Below are positions 1 to 9,065 of a DNA stretch of 41,408 nucleotides, piece by piece. A program made the translations under genes and the position numbers. Position 1 is the first letter of the stretch. Each line of letters starts with the position of its first letter. The notes beneath the pieces were generated by a model that did not search any database, was not told the DNA's origin, and worked only from the letters and a program-made list of their open reading frames with translations. This stretch comes from Bacteroidales bacterium (GTDB lineage Bacteria > Bacteroidota > Bacteroidia > Bacteroidales > BM520), in assembly GCA_017538085.1 (NCBI GenBank), contig JAFYJP010000195.1, positions 1 through 41,408 of the forward strand. Reading direction: 5' to 3'.

Positions 1-51
1 AATAGTATAGCGCTCGGCTTCACGGATTTGAGGAACGGACAATATTTTCAT
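1..51 (-). CDS. N-terminal fragment (runs off the window) of a probable NAD(P)H-hydrate epimerase/dehydratase (YjeF/Nnr family)
   Basis: Manual translation from the ATG at 51 gives MKILSVPQIREAERYTI, resembling the MKI...QIREAD.YTI start of Bacteroidota Nnr proteins. It begins 6 nt after the coaX stop. Only 17 aa are visible. Confidence 0.55.
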   Translation of the reverse strand, partial: MKILSVPQIREAERYTI

Positions 52-57
52 AGCAAA

Positions 58-828
58 TTATTTTGTCAGGTCGTAAATCTTCCTCATGCCGGAAACGGTC
101 AAATGAATGTCATAGTCGAACTTGGTTTTGCAATATGGCATAATCAACGCCCCCATTCCTCCTGTGGCAAACAGTTTCAAATCAGAACCCACTTCTTCAA
201 TAATTTTTTCTACGATTCTGTCAACCAGACCGCCGTAACCGTAGAACACACCGCTGTTAACAGCAGCGCAAGTATTTTGGCCTATGACTGATGAAGGTGG
301 GTTAATCTTTATTTTTGGAAGTTGTGCGGTCTTTTCAAACAATACATCGATGGCTGTTCTTACTCCAGGGACGAAAGTCACACCTTTTATTGCCTTGTCA
401 GAGACTGTCGTAAAAGTTAAGACCGTACCGAAATCAACTATTATACATCCATCAGGAGCTTTGTCATATCCCGCTATGGCATTGGCCACGAGGTCTGAGC
501 CGATGATATGCGGCTGAGGGATACTGAGCGGAAGCTTGTTGTAAAGTTTATAGTTGATGATATATGGATCTTTATTGAAGAGTTCATGGCACAACTGGAT
601 ATAGAATCCGTTCAGATTTGGGACAACAGAGCTGAGAACTATTGTTGACACCTTATCGAAATACTCGCTGAGATTATAGTTCATATCAATGAGACAGTCG
701 GTGTAAGTTAACTTATCGGCTGTTTTCACTCTCATCACTTCAAGATAATTTTCAGGTTGCTCAGCGGTTGCCGGCTGATAAATGCAGCCTACAATATTGC
801 TGTTTCCGATGTCTAATATTAATATCAT
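58..828 (-). CDS. coaX: Type III pantothenate kinase
   Basis: Motifs LDIGNSNI, IGSDL, VDFGT, SGVFYG and ATGG; 256 aa. Confidence 0.93.
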   Translation of the reverse strand: MILILDIGNSNIVGCIYQPATAEQPENYLEVMRVKTADKLTYTDCLIDMNYNLSEYFDKVSTIVLSSVVPNLNGFYIQLCHELFNKDPYIINYKLYNKLPLSIPQPHIIGSDLVANAIAGYDKAPDGCIIVDFGTVLTFTTVSDKAIKGVTFVPGVRTAIDVLFEKTAQLPKIKINPPSSVIGQNTCAAVNSGVFYGYGGLVDRIVEKIIEEVGSDLKLFATGGMGALIMPYCKTKFDYDIHLTVSGMRKIYDLTK

Positions 829-850
829 AACTTTGTAAATTTCAGAGATA

Positions 851-858
851 CAAAGGTA
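851..858 (-). promoter_or_regulatory. Bacteroidota housekeeping -7 promoter element for coaX
   Basis: The reverse complement reads TACCTTTG (TAnnTTTG), 22 nt upstream of the coaX start. Confidence 0.6.
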
Positions 859-925
859 ATAGAAATCCCGTGAAGATTATCAAAAAAATTTTCAAAAAAA
901 TAACCCTCAATTCAAAATAAAGTAT

Positions 926-933
926 TACTTTTG
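926..933 (+). promoter_or_regulatory. -7 promoter element for the tRNA-Leu pair
   Basis: TACTTTTG(C), 23 nt upstream of the tRNA 5' end. Confidence 0.65.
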
Positions 934-956
934 CAACCGCTTTGAAAAAGATTATT

Positions 957-1040
957 GCCCAGGTGGTGAAATTGGTAGACACGCCACTTTGAGGGGGTGG
1001 TGCTCGTTCGGGCGTGCAAGTTCGACTCTTGTCCTGGGCA
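957..1040 (+). tRNA. tRNA-Leu (GAG)
   Basis: Acceptor stem GCCCAGG/CCTGGGC, D-loop TTGGTAG, anticodon arm CCACT-TTGAGGG-GGTGG, long variable arm, T-loop TTCGACT. CCA is not encoded. Confidence 0.95.
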
Positions 1041-1073
1041 CAATAATTCTAAAAAGCCTGAAAAAAACAATTT

Positions 1074-1157
1074 GCCCGGATGGCGGAATTGGTAGACGCG
1101 CTAGTTTCAGGGACTAGTTCTCGCAAGGGAGTGCAAGTTCGATTCTTGTTTCGGGCA
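1074..1157 (+). tRNA. tRNA-Leu (CAG)
   Basis: Acceptor stem GCCCGGA/TTCGGGC, anticodon arm CTAGT-TTCAGGG-ACTAG, long variable arm, T-loop TTCGATT. Confidence 0.95.
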
Positions 1158-1188
1158 CTACAGTTACACATATTAATACAAAAACCGT

Positions 1189-1215
1189 TTCCGTTCATCC
1201 AACGGAATTTTTTTT
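1189..1215 (+). terminator. Intrinsic terminator after the tRNAs
   Basis: TTCCGTT-catcc-AACGGAA hairpin followed by 8 T. Confidence 0.7.
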
Positions 1216-1319
1216 ATACTTTTTTTCCAAAAAACCGGTAACAAAAACAGTTTTTCTGCAATATATAATTAAAGCCGACAAGGCAGATATTATGTATTCC
1301 AACTTAAAAACTGTTTATT

Positions 1320-4300
1320 ATGAAAAAAAATGTATTATTCATTTCAGTGGCCATAATGTTAATGGCATTATCGGTTTCAAATCTTTTTAGTCAGTCCACT
1401 TCATTGGTTATCAATGAAATATTCTACAATCCGCCCAATTCGAGTGACGATTCGTTGGAATTTATAGAGTTATACAACCCTTCATCAGTTGCAATAAACA
1501 TTGAGGGTTATGTGCTTAAATCACCGAGTGTGGGAACCAGCAACATCAACTTCACCTTTCCCGAATCGACGTTCATTGCACCCGACGGTTACATTGTTAT
1601 CGCAGCAAATTCAGCCACAATTAACAATCTATTTAATATCAGCGCATTACAATGGAATTCGGGAAAGACTCTAAACAACACATCAAAAGACATTGTTCTT
1701 TTTAACAGCGAGCAGCAGGTCATAGACAGCGTTACATATTACAATTCGGCACCATGGCCTGTTATTTCGTCAAAAGGCGGACCGTCAATAGAATTGTTGA
1801 GCCATACCGTTGACAATACGATAGGTACAAACTGGGAAAAATCACAACAGAGCAAGGATATCGTATCAGGTCAGGACACACTGACCATATTTTGTTCGCC
1901 CGGGTCGGCCAATATCAACCAGCGGCCAATTGTGGATTTCACAAATACCGAGAGAATAATCTCACTTAACGGCAGCGTGACTTTCACCAACAACTCAGTA
2001 AACTTCACAAATCTTCTTTGGAACTTCCAAGGTGGAAACATAACCTCGTCACAGGAGAACAATCCAACAGTAACATATAATAACAATGGTATGTTCGATG
2101 TAAGCCTGTATGTTGAAAACGCATACGGTAACATCACCCTGACAAAGGAGAAGCACATTGTGGTAATTCCTGAATGTGAGACGATTACAGAGTTGCCATA
2201 CGAAACAGATTTCAATTCGCTACCCGACTGCTGGTTCTCCTATCCCGCTGCAGGTGAAACGAACAGTTGGACAATAGATGCCACCATAGGTCGCAATGGT
2301 GGCGGTTCAGTGAAATACGATTGTGCCAACTCACCGGACAACGGCACCGGATATCTTTACACAAGGAGATTCGATGTAAGCAGTACCAGCCAGCCATCAC
2401 TTACATTTTACTACTATTGTCCCAACAATCAATCAACTGCAAGCAATGCACCGGTTTTAAAAGTCGAAACTTTCGATTCGGATTATACCTTGATACAGTC
2501 GATTTCCATACAGGCAAAAAAGGTCACAACATGGAAGAAATACACCATGCAGCTTGAGCAGTCGGAAACAATCTGTGTCATTTCTGTAATAAACAAAGCA
2601 AACAATGATGCAGTATATATCGATGATTTCTCGATTCAGAGCAGACCAGACAATTCATTCAGTCTGACCGGAAGAATAACCGAGAACAACGCTGCCCTTG
2701 AAAACATCCTGATTAAGATACAACCAGGTAACATGACTGCACTGACAGACCAGAACGGAGAATTCACGATTTATGTTGAGAGCGGATGGTCAGGGACTGT
2801 CACACCTGCAAATCCGCAATACATCTATACTCCGGCATACAGAGAAATCTACAGTATTGACGAAGACATGCCGAATATTGATTTCGATGCCAAACGTCTT
2901 CCAAGCGGATGGATTTATAACATAACCAACAACAGTCATACCTTCTGCATACCCAAATCTGCACTGAATCTTGACGACATTGGCAACGGAACATGGATTG
3001 GGACATTTTACAGCAATAACGACAACTTCTACTGCTGTGGCGCAATGTATGTTGACACCACCATTTCGCAGTGCATGAGCTCATGGGCTGCAAATCCCGA
3101 CACCCAAGACTCACTCGGATTCACCGAGGGTGCTGAAATCTACTGGAAAATTTACGATCCATCTACAGAAATGGAATATGATGCCGATGTGGAATACGCC
3201 TCCGGTCCTGAAATATTCACCATAGACGGAATAACCATGTTGGATTTCATAGGCATGGAAAAAATGACACAAATGATTATCATACCGAAAGGCTGGTCTG
3301 GAATTTCAAGCTATATAGTCCCTTATCAAGATGAACTCGAAACACTTTTAGAAAATTATGAAGATGAAGTGTATGTATTGATGAATGATGACGGATTTTT
3401 CTTCCCGACGGATGTATCCACTTCCACTATCACACAATGGGATGCCGAAAAAGGGTACAGTATCAAGACTGCGAGCAGCATTGTTCTGAACTTTACAGGA
3501 AAAGTGAACTCAAACACATTTATAGATTTTCCCGAAGGATGGACCTCATTTCCAGTCAAATCAGACAAACCGGTGAGCATTGACAGTTTGTTCGGCAATA
3601 CCGACAAACTTGATATCATAAAAGGTTTCGGCAACAATGAAATCTATGTTCCGGGAGTTACTGAAAGTTTCGACCTGTTACCCGGGAAATCATACAAAGC
3701 GAGATTCAATGCCCCATATACCGTAAATTTCGATTTCACAAAACAACCAGACATTATTCAGATTATAAACATAGACTCCACTCCTGACATAGTCTTTGAT
3801 GGCAAAACTATCAAACAAACTCCCATCGACCATATAGTGGCAATGGAAGATACATGCTCAATTTTCATCGGTGACACAATCGTAGTCTTCTCAAATTCAG
3901 GCAGATGTTGTGGATTCGGAGTGGCTTCAACAGATGGAAAGATGTTTGTAAAAGTCTATGGAGATGACCCGACCACTGCAGAAACAGACGGAATGACCGA
4001 TAGTGAAAAAATGTTTTTTTATCTGAGACGAGCCCGAGCAGATTACTCTTTGGGTTATCTTTTCAGCAGAAACACAATCAACTACGATTTGTTCGTTGCT
4101 GATGGTTTCACATTAATCGACAAACTGTTTCTGACACCGGTCGGGATTCCGGATTCGCATAAAAGCCAATTCATTGCATACCCAAATCCGGCAGATAAAT
4201 ATTTACACATAAAAGTCGGCGGCGACATGATTCCATACCATTGTCAGCTTATCGATGTCATGGGCAGAACCATGAAGGAATTTAAGCTCAATGAACTTTC

Positions 4301-4403
4301 GGAAAGCATAGACATCTCAGACCTTGAACCAGGAATGTACATAATCAGGATAACAGGTCGGAATGGGGTGATTACCAAGTCGATAATAAAAACAAAGAAC
4401 TGA
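1320..4403 (+). CDS. Large T9SS-secreted multidomain surface protein (lamin-tail domain, PKD, MAM/cleaved-adhesin-like, prealbumin-like, repeated unknown domains, T9SS type A CTD)
   Basis: Signal peptide; LVINEIFYNP...EFIELYN...SPGSAN (LTD); VTFTNNS...WNFQGG...NPTVTY...DVSLYVENAYG (PKD); LPYETDF...IDDFSI; TDQNGEFTI; C-terminal YPNPA...IDISDLEPGMYIIRI...KSIIK. Confidence 0.85.
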   Translation: MKKNVLFISVAIMLMALSVSNLFSQSTSLVINEIFYNPPNSSDDSLEFIELYNPSSVAINIEGYVLKSPSVGTSNINFTFPESTFIAPDGYIVIAANSATINNLFNISALQWNSGKTLNNTSKDIVLFNSEQQVIDSVTYYNSAPWPVISSKGGPSIELLSHTVDNTIGTNWEKSQQSKDIVSGQDTLTIFCSPGSANINQRPIVDFTNTERIISLNGSVTFTNNSVNFTNLLWNFQGGNITSSQENNPTVTYNNNGMFDVSLYVENAYGNITLTKEKHIVVIPECETITELPYETDFNSLPDCWFSYPAAGETNSWTIDATIGRNGGGSVKYDCANSPDNGTGYLYTRRFDVSSTSQPSLTFYYYCPNNQSTASNAPVLKVETFDSDYTLIQSISIQAKKVTTWKKYTMQLEQSETICVISVINKANNDAVYIDDFSIQSRPDNSFSLTGRITENNAALENILIKIQPGNMTALTDQNGEFTIYVESGWSGTVTPANPQYIYTPAYREIYSIDEDMPNIDFDAKRLPSGWIYNITNNSHTFCIPKSALNLDDIGNGTWIGTFYSNNDNFYCCGAMYVDTTISQCMSSWAANPDTQDSLGFTEGAEIYWKIYDPSTEMEYDADVEYASGPEIFTIDGITMLDFIGMEKMTQMIIIPKGWSGISSYIVPYQDELETLLENYEDEVYVLMNDDGFFFPTDVSTSTITQWDAEKGYSIKTASSIVLNFTGKVNSNTFIDFPEGWTSFPVKSDKPVSIDSLFGNTDKLDIIKGFGNNEIYVPGVTESFDLLPGKSYKARFNAPYTVNFDFTKQPDIIQIINIDSTPDIVFDGKTIKQTPIDHIVAMEDTCSIFIGDTIVVFSNSGRCCGFGVASTDGKMFVKVYGDDPTTAETDGMTDSEKMFFYLRRARADYSLGYLFSRNTINYDLFVADGFTLIDKLFLTPVGIPDSHKSQFIAYPNPADKYLHIKVGGDMIPYHCQLIDVMGRTMKEFKLNELSESIDISDLEPGMYIIRITGRNGVITKSIIKTKN

Positions 4404-4432
4404 TTGGTTATGCAAAAATAATTATTTTGACC

Positions 4433-4466
4433 AGCCGGCAGGATATGAATCCTTGCCGGCTTTTTT
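4433..4466 (+). terminator. Intrinsic terminator between convergent genes
   Basis: AGCCGGCAGGAT...ATCCTTGCCGGCT stem with one bulge, followed by a T-tract. Confidence 0.75.
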
Positions 4467-4477
4467 GCATACTCCGG

Positions 4478-4933
4478 CTATTCTCCCTTATTGCGAATGC
4501 GAAAAGTGAATTCCTTGTCAAGTTTTTTTGAGAAAAACAATTTCAGACACAAATAATAAAGCGAGACTGCAGCGATTGTTATCAGGGCTGATATCCATTC
4601 CGTCTTGATAGTGGAAAGGGTTATCACAAGCACAACCATAAGAATGACAAAAGGATAGAAATAGCCATAAAGGACTGCTTTTGCTCCCTTTGAGGAACTC
4701 ATATAGACTTCCACCGACTGCCCGACATGATAATCTGAAGGTTCAATATGCTGGCCGTATTCACCACCGTTTTTGGTATATATGTCAATGGATTTGTTTT
4801 TCATCTCCGACATGCCACAAGATGACTTGATAGCACAACCACCACATGCCGCTTTCGAAGTGATATTCACTTTTATCAGTTCGTTGCTGACGCCAACTAC
4901 TATGCCTTCATGGGCAATCTCATCCTCTTTCAT
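4478..4933 (-). CDS. RseC/MucC family membrane protein (SoxR reducing system RseC-like)
   Basis: HEGIV...SKAACGGCAIKSSCG Cys motif, GQSVEV...AVLYGYFYP and two TM helices. The ATG at 4933 is preferred over the TTG at 4951. Confidence 0.85.
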   Translation of the reverse strand: MKEDEIAHEGIVVGVSNELIKVNITSKAACGGCAIKSSCGMSEMKNKSIDIYTKNGGEYGQHIEPSDYHVGQSVEVYMSSSKGAKAVLYGYFYPFVILMVVLVITLSTIKTEWISALITIAAVSLYYLCLKLFFSKKLDKEFTFRIRNKGE

Positions 4934-4940
4934 TGAAATG

Positions 4941-6317
4941 TTATCCTTCAATCAATCTAACAATACTATGTGCCAGTTCCTCAGCCTCATCCTGAGACTT
5001 TGCCTCGGAATAGACTCTGATGATAGGTTCAGTGTTGGAAGTGCGAAGATGCACCCACGAATTATCAAAGTCAATCTTCAGACCATCTTCTTCGTTATAG
5101 AATCCCTGAACAGTATCTTTCACCTTTTGCTTGACATTTTCGAAATTGATTGAGCCGTCGAGCGTTATCTTGTCCTTTGCCATATAATATTTCGGATATT
5201 TTTCACGCAGTTCGGTCATCTTCAATCCAGTTTTTGCCAAATAGGTGAGCAACAGTGCTATGCCAAGCAAGGCATCACGTCCGTAGTGAAGGTCAGGAAG
5301 AATAACGCCGCCGTTGCCTTCACCACCGATAACTGCATTGGCTTCCTTCATTTTGTGAACCACATTCACTTCACCGACAGGGGAAGCATAATAATTACCG
5401 CCATGCTGAATTGTCACATCCTTCAATGCACGTGACGATGAAAGATTTGACACAGTGTTGCCTTTTTTCATTGAAAGAATATAGTCAGCACAAGCGACAA
5501 GAGTATATTCCTCACCGAAATAGACTCCGTTTTCACTCATGAAAGCAAGTCTGTCAACGTCTGGGTCAACAGCAATGCCGAGATTACAGTGATGGCTTGT
5601 AATAGTTGAACTTAAACCAGTGAGATTCTTTGCCAAAGGTTCGGGATTATGTGCAAATTCGCCGCATATATCACCATTTTCAATGAATATGTTTTCTTTC
5701 TTCACTCCCAATTTTTCAAGCAAAAGCGGAACTGAAATGGCACCTGTGGAGTTAACGGTATCAGCACCAATTCTGAAATCAGCGGCAGCTATTGCATTTC
5801 TGTCAACGTATGGCAGTTCAAGTATCTTATTTATATGATAATCAATCATATCGTTAACAGATTCAACTTTTCCCAGATGAGTATATTCCTCGTATGTAAA
5901 ATCTCTGTTTTCGGCAAGTGCCTTTATTCTTTTCCCATCTTCGGCATTAACAAATTCGCCGTTAGGGTCAAAAAGCTTAAGAGCATTCCACTGCATGGGA
6001 TTGTGGCTCGCAGAAATCATAATTCCACCATCGGACTTGAATCTGATGATAGCCATTTCGATTGTTGGAGTTGTGGTATAGTCAATGTCAATCACATCCA
6101 CACCCATCAACTGCAAAGTGCTTATTATTATGTTTTTCACTGTCAGTCCCGTTGATCTTCCGTCTCTGCCTACCACAACTTTAGGACAGGATTTTTTTTC
6201 TTTTATTACGGTTGCGTATGCAGATGTATAGTTTACGATATCCTGCGGGGTCAGGTTATCACCGGGCTTTCCGCCAATAGTTCCACGGATTCCGGATATT
6301 GATGATATTAATGTCAT
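4941..6317 (-). CDS. glmM: Phosphoglucosamine mutase
   Basis: SISGIRGTIGG start, ISASHNP phosphoserine motif, DPDVDR metal loop, GGEGNGG, RTSNTEP. Confidence 0.9.
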   Translation of the reverse strand: MTLISSISGIRGTIGGKPGDNLTPQDIVNYTSAYATVIKEKKSCPKVVVGRDGRSTGLTVKNIIISTLQLMGVDVIDIDYTTTPTIEMAIIRFKSDGGIMISASHNPMQWNALKLFDPNGEFVNAEDGKRIKALAENRDFTYEEYTHLGKVESVNDMIDYHINKILELPYVDRNAIAAADFRIGADTVNSTGAISVPLLLEKLGVKKENIFIENGDICGEFAHNPEPLAKNLTGLSSTITSHHCNLGIAVDPDVDRLAFMSENGVYFGEEYTLVACADYILSMKKGNTVSNLSSSRALKDVTIQHGGNYYASPVGEVNVVHKMKEANAVIGGEGNGGVILPDLHYGRDALLGIALLLTYLAKTGLKMTELREKYPKYYMAKDKITLDGSINFENVKQKVKDTVQGFYNEEDGLKIDFDNSWVHLRTSNTEPIIRVYSEAKSQDEAEELAHSIVRLIEG

Positions 6318-6336
6318 AGTCTTTAGTTATTTTTCG

Positions 6337-6344
6337 CAAAAATA
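6337..6344 (-). promoter_or_regulatory. -7 promoter element for glmM
   Basis: The reverse complement reads TATTTTTG(C), about 20 nt upstream of the start. Confidence 0.55.
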
Positions 6345-6371
6345 AATCAAATAATGGAAAATATCAAAATT

Positions 6372-7121
6372 TTATTTCATCTCTCTCAAAACCCTCTCAT
6401 AGAAAAGGTCGGCCTGAAGGTGCAGCATTCGAAGACCGTTTTCCACAACACAGCCTTTTTCCACACCTCTACGCTGAAAAACCGTTACCGGCGGGTTATA
6501 CACCAAATCAAAGAGTAAAGAATGGTCATTATATGGCACTTCTGGGACATCAGAACATTCAAAACCCTCAGTACCACAAGGAGTTGCGTTTATAATGATG
6601 TTATATTCGTCCATATTGATGTCCTTCAGCTGGTCATAGCAGACAGTCGATTCGTTTCGTTTGGTGCGCGAAACAAACATATATGGTATAGACATGGTTT
6701 TAAGTGCAAAAGCCACGGCCTTTGACACACCGCCGGTTCCCAAAATCAGAGCCGACTTGTGCTCCGGTCTGATTATTGTCTGCAACACTTGACGAAACGC
6801 AAGATAATCTGTATTGAAGCCATGAAGCAGCGGCCTGTTGTGTCTGCGGCTGATAAAAATGCAGTTAACAGCCCCCATTTCAGCCGCATCATCATCAATT
6901 TCGTCAAGAAATCCGATAACGGAAGACTTATACGGAATAGTGACATTCAGACCGCACAAATTGCTGTTATTATGGATGATATCCATAATTTTGGCAACAT
7001 CATCCATCTCAAACAGACGATATTCGGCATCCATGTTGTTTCTCAAGAAATAATCGTGAGCATAATCAGCTGAAAATGAATAGCCGAGCTTAGCGCCGAC
7101 AAGACCAAACAGAAGTGACAT
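6372..7121 (-). CDS. aroE: Shikimate dehydrogenase
   Basis: NVTIPYK, GAVNC, NTD, LGTGG, INATP, DLVYNP, GLRMLHLQA. Confidence 0.9.
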   Translation of the reverse strand: MSLLFGLVGAKLGYSFSADYAHDYFLRNNMDAEYRLFEMDDVAKIMDIIHNNSNLCGLNVTIPYKSSVIGFLDEIDDDAAEMGAVNCIFISRRHNRPLLHGFNTDYLAFRQVLQTIIRPEHKSALILGTGGVSKAVAFALKTMSIPYMFVSRTKRNESTVCYDQLKDINMDEYNIIINATPCGTEGFECSDVPEVPYNDHSLLFDLVYNPPVTVFQRRGVEKGCVVENGLRMLHLQADLFYERVLREMK

Positions 7122-8572
7122 TATGATTTGTTTAGATTCATGAAATCGCTGAGGACTTCACGCATATTCGAATCTTCAAGCAAATCCGGATAATAATCAC
7201 GAATATCCTGGATTATGTTTTTCTTGGCGTTTATGGCGTCAGCGGTGTTGGAATCGAAATTAAAAGTGCTGATGGTATTGGCGATGCTGACGTATGCCTC
7301 CTGTTTTGCGCCGCGATAATATTCGGAAATGCCAACCAAAAAATGCAGTCTCGCATCGTTGGGATTGATTTGTATCGCATCGTAAAGCGGTTCTATTGAT
7401 TCCTTTGGCTCTCCTGTTGAAATCAGGAAATGCACGTAATCAATGACATTGTCGGCATTTGAAGGCTGTAACGAAACCGACTTGCCAAGGTCGATTTTGG
7501 CACCGACATTGTCTTCAGCAAGCATACGGAGATTACCACGAAGGTTGTAATAATCAGGATTCGATGAGTCTATTCTGATAGCCTTTTCCACATACTGCAT
7601 TGACTTCTTATTATCATACATCACGTAGTAGCACTGTGCCAACCAATAATTTGCCTCAGCAGATCCAGAATTAAGGAACAGACTTTTACGGAAGCACTTG
7701 ATAGCATCATTGAGTTTGCCTGCGTAATACAGACTTTCGCCCTTGTAAAGGACAGTCAGCGAATCCTCCCCTTCAAGCCTAATTACCTCATCATACATCT
7801 TAGCCGACAAATCGTATTGTCCGGTCTGCGAATAGATATTTCCAAGATTAAAGAATGCCGAAGAGCTGTCGGGATTGATAGCGATAGAATATTTCAAAGC
7901 CCTTTCAGCCTCCTTATAGTTGTTAAGGACCAGGTAATTGACTGCCAGAGAAAACCATGCTGCAGCTGAAAACGGTTGGCTACCATAAACCAAAGACTGG
8001 TAGAAGTTCACTGCATCCTGTGAATTTCCAAGTTTTTCCCAGCATTTGTTCATGTCATAAATAACATCATCAGCCTCCGAAAGTTTTTCTTCCGGAATCA
8101 TCCTGTAAAAAGTTTTGTAATAATCCAAGGCCTTATCGTAATCGCCAAGACAATAGTAGCAGTGTGCAAGATGGTATGCTGACATCCTGCTTTCCTCAAA
8201 TTTCATCGCTTTGCGGTACCATTTTATTGCAGTATCGTATTGGTGCATCGCACGATAGATGTCACCTTTCAAAGCGCATATCGGCCCTTCGTATTCAGGG
8301 ACAATATCAATATTCTTGGAAGAGATTATCCGCATTGACTTCTTGTAGTTTTTTTTCAGGTAGTAATATTTTGCCAGATAAATCATTATGGCACAGTCAC
8401 GAGGATATGTCTCCACAGCCTGGAACATGGCATATCTGAACTTGTTTTCATCATAAGAGGTATAGAAGAAATAATCAAGAATGACGAGAAATTCATTCTC
8501 GGTCCATTCATGATAAGTCTTACTTTCATAACACTTATTGAAATAGCTTATTAATTTTTTCACATAACTCAT
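7121..8572 (-). CDS. Tetratricopeptide repeat protein
   Basis: Multiple TPR units (AWFSLA..Y..., AFFNLGNIY..., YWLAQCY...). The ATG at 8572 is preferred over the TTG at 8578. Confidence 0.85.
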   Translation of the reverse strand: MSYVKKLISYFNKCYESKTYHEWTENEFLVILDYFFYTSYDENKFRYAMFQAVETYPRDCAIMIYLAKYYYLKKNYKKSMRIISSKNIDIVPEYEGPICALKGDIYRAMHQYDTAIKWYRKAMKFEESRMSAYHLAHCYYCLGDYDKALDYYKTFYRMIPEEKLSEADDVIYDMNKCWEKLGNSQDAVNFYQSLVYGSQPFSAAAWFSLAVNYLVLNNYKEAERALKYSIAINPDSSSAFFNLGNIYSQTGQYDLSAKMYDEVIRLEGEDSLTVLYKGESLYYAGKLNDAIKCFRKSLFLNSGSAEANYWLAQCYYVMYDNKKSMQYVEKAIRIDSSNPDYYNLRGNLRMLAEDNVGAKIDLGKSVSLQPSNADNVIDYVHFLISTGEPKESIEPLYDAIQINPNDARLHFLVGISEYYRGAKQEAYVSIANTISTFNFDSNTADAINAKKNIIQDIRDYYPDLLEDSNMREVLSDFMNLNKS

Positions 8573-8588
8573 TGTCAAACTTTTAAAC

Positions 8589-9050
8589 TCAAAGGGTACC
8601 AGTTTTCACATTGGCTCTTACATATAGGTTGACAATATTAGGCTGTGCATTGGTGACGACTTTCACCACCTTATTCTGGAATCCGACTACACCTGTAGGG
8701 TCAAATGACACCTCAATTCTCCCCTCTTCTCCAGGTTTGATGACGTTCTGAGGAATCTTGGCACTGGTGCATTTGCATCCCGATGTCGCTGATGAAATGA
8801 GGAGGTCGGATTTGCCTTCATTCTTGAATCTGAAAGCATACATAACCGTTTCTCCCTGTTGCAGTTCCCCGAAATCATGCGATGTGGTATTGAAAGTGAT
8901 TACAGGCAATGATGTGGTGTCGCCCGAACCATTGGCAGTGTTAGGATTGTTAACCAATGACGGGGACAGTTTATTGTTTTTCGGGCCGCAACCGGCAACA
9001 AGCAGGCATACGGAAATCAGGACAATAATATTAAATATTTTTCCATTCAT
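8589..9050 (-). CDS. DUF1573 domain lipoprotein
   Basis: Lipobox LVAGC; HDFG...F.F.N.G...L.I....GCKCT......PGEEG.I.V.F pattern. Confidence 0.85.
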   Translation of the reverse strand: MNGKIFNIIVLISVCLLVAGCGPKNNKLSPSLVNNPNTANGSGDTTSLPVITFNTTSHDFGELQQGETVMYAFRFKNEGKSDLLISSATSGCKCTSAKIPQNVIKPGEEGRIEVSFDPTGVVGFQNKVVKVVTNAQPNIVNLYVRANVKTGTL

Positions 9051-9065
9051 AGCAATATCAACAAA

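Noticed and set aside
957-4470. Genomic island integrated at the tRNA-Leu genes
   Set aside because: I saw no integrase, no duplicated tRNA 3' end (att site) and no obvious compositional shift.
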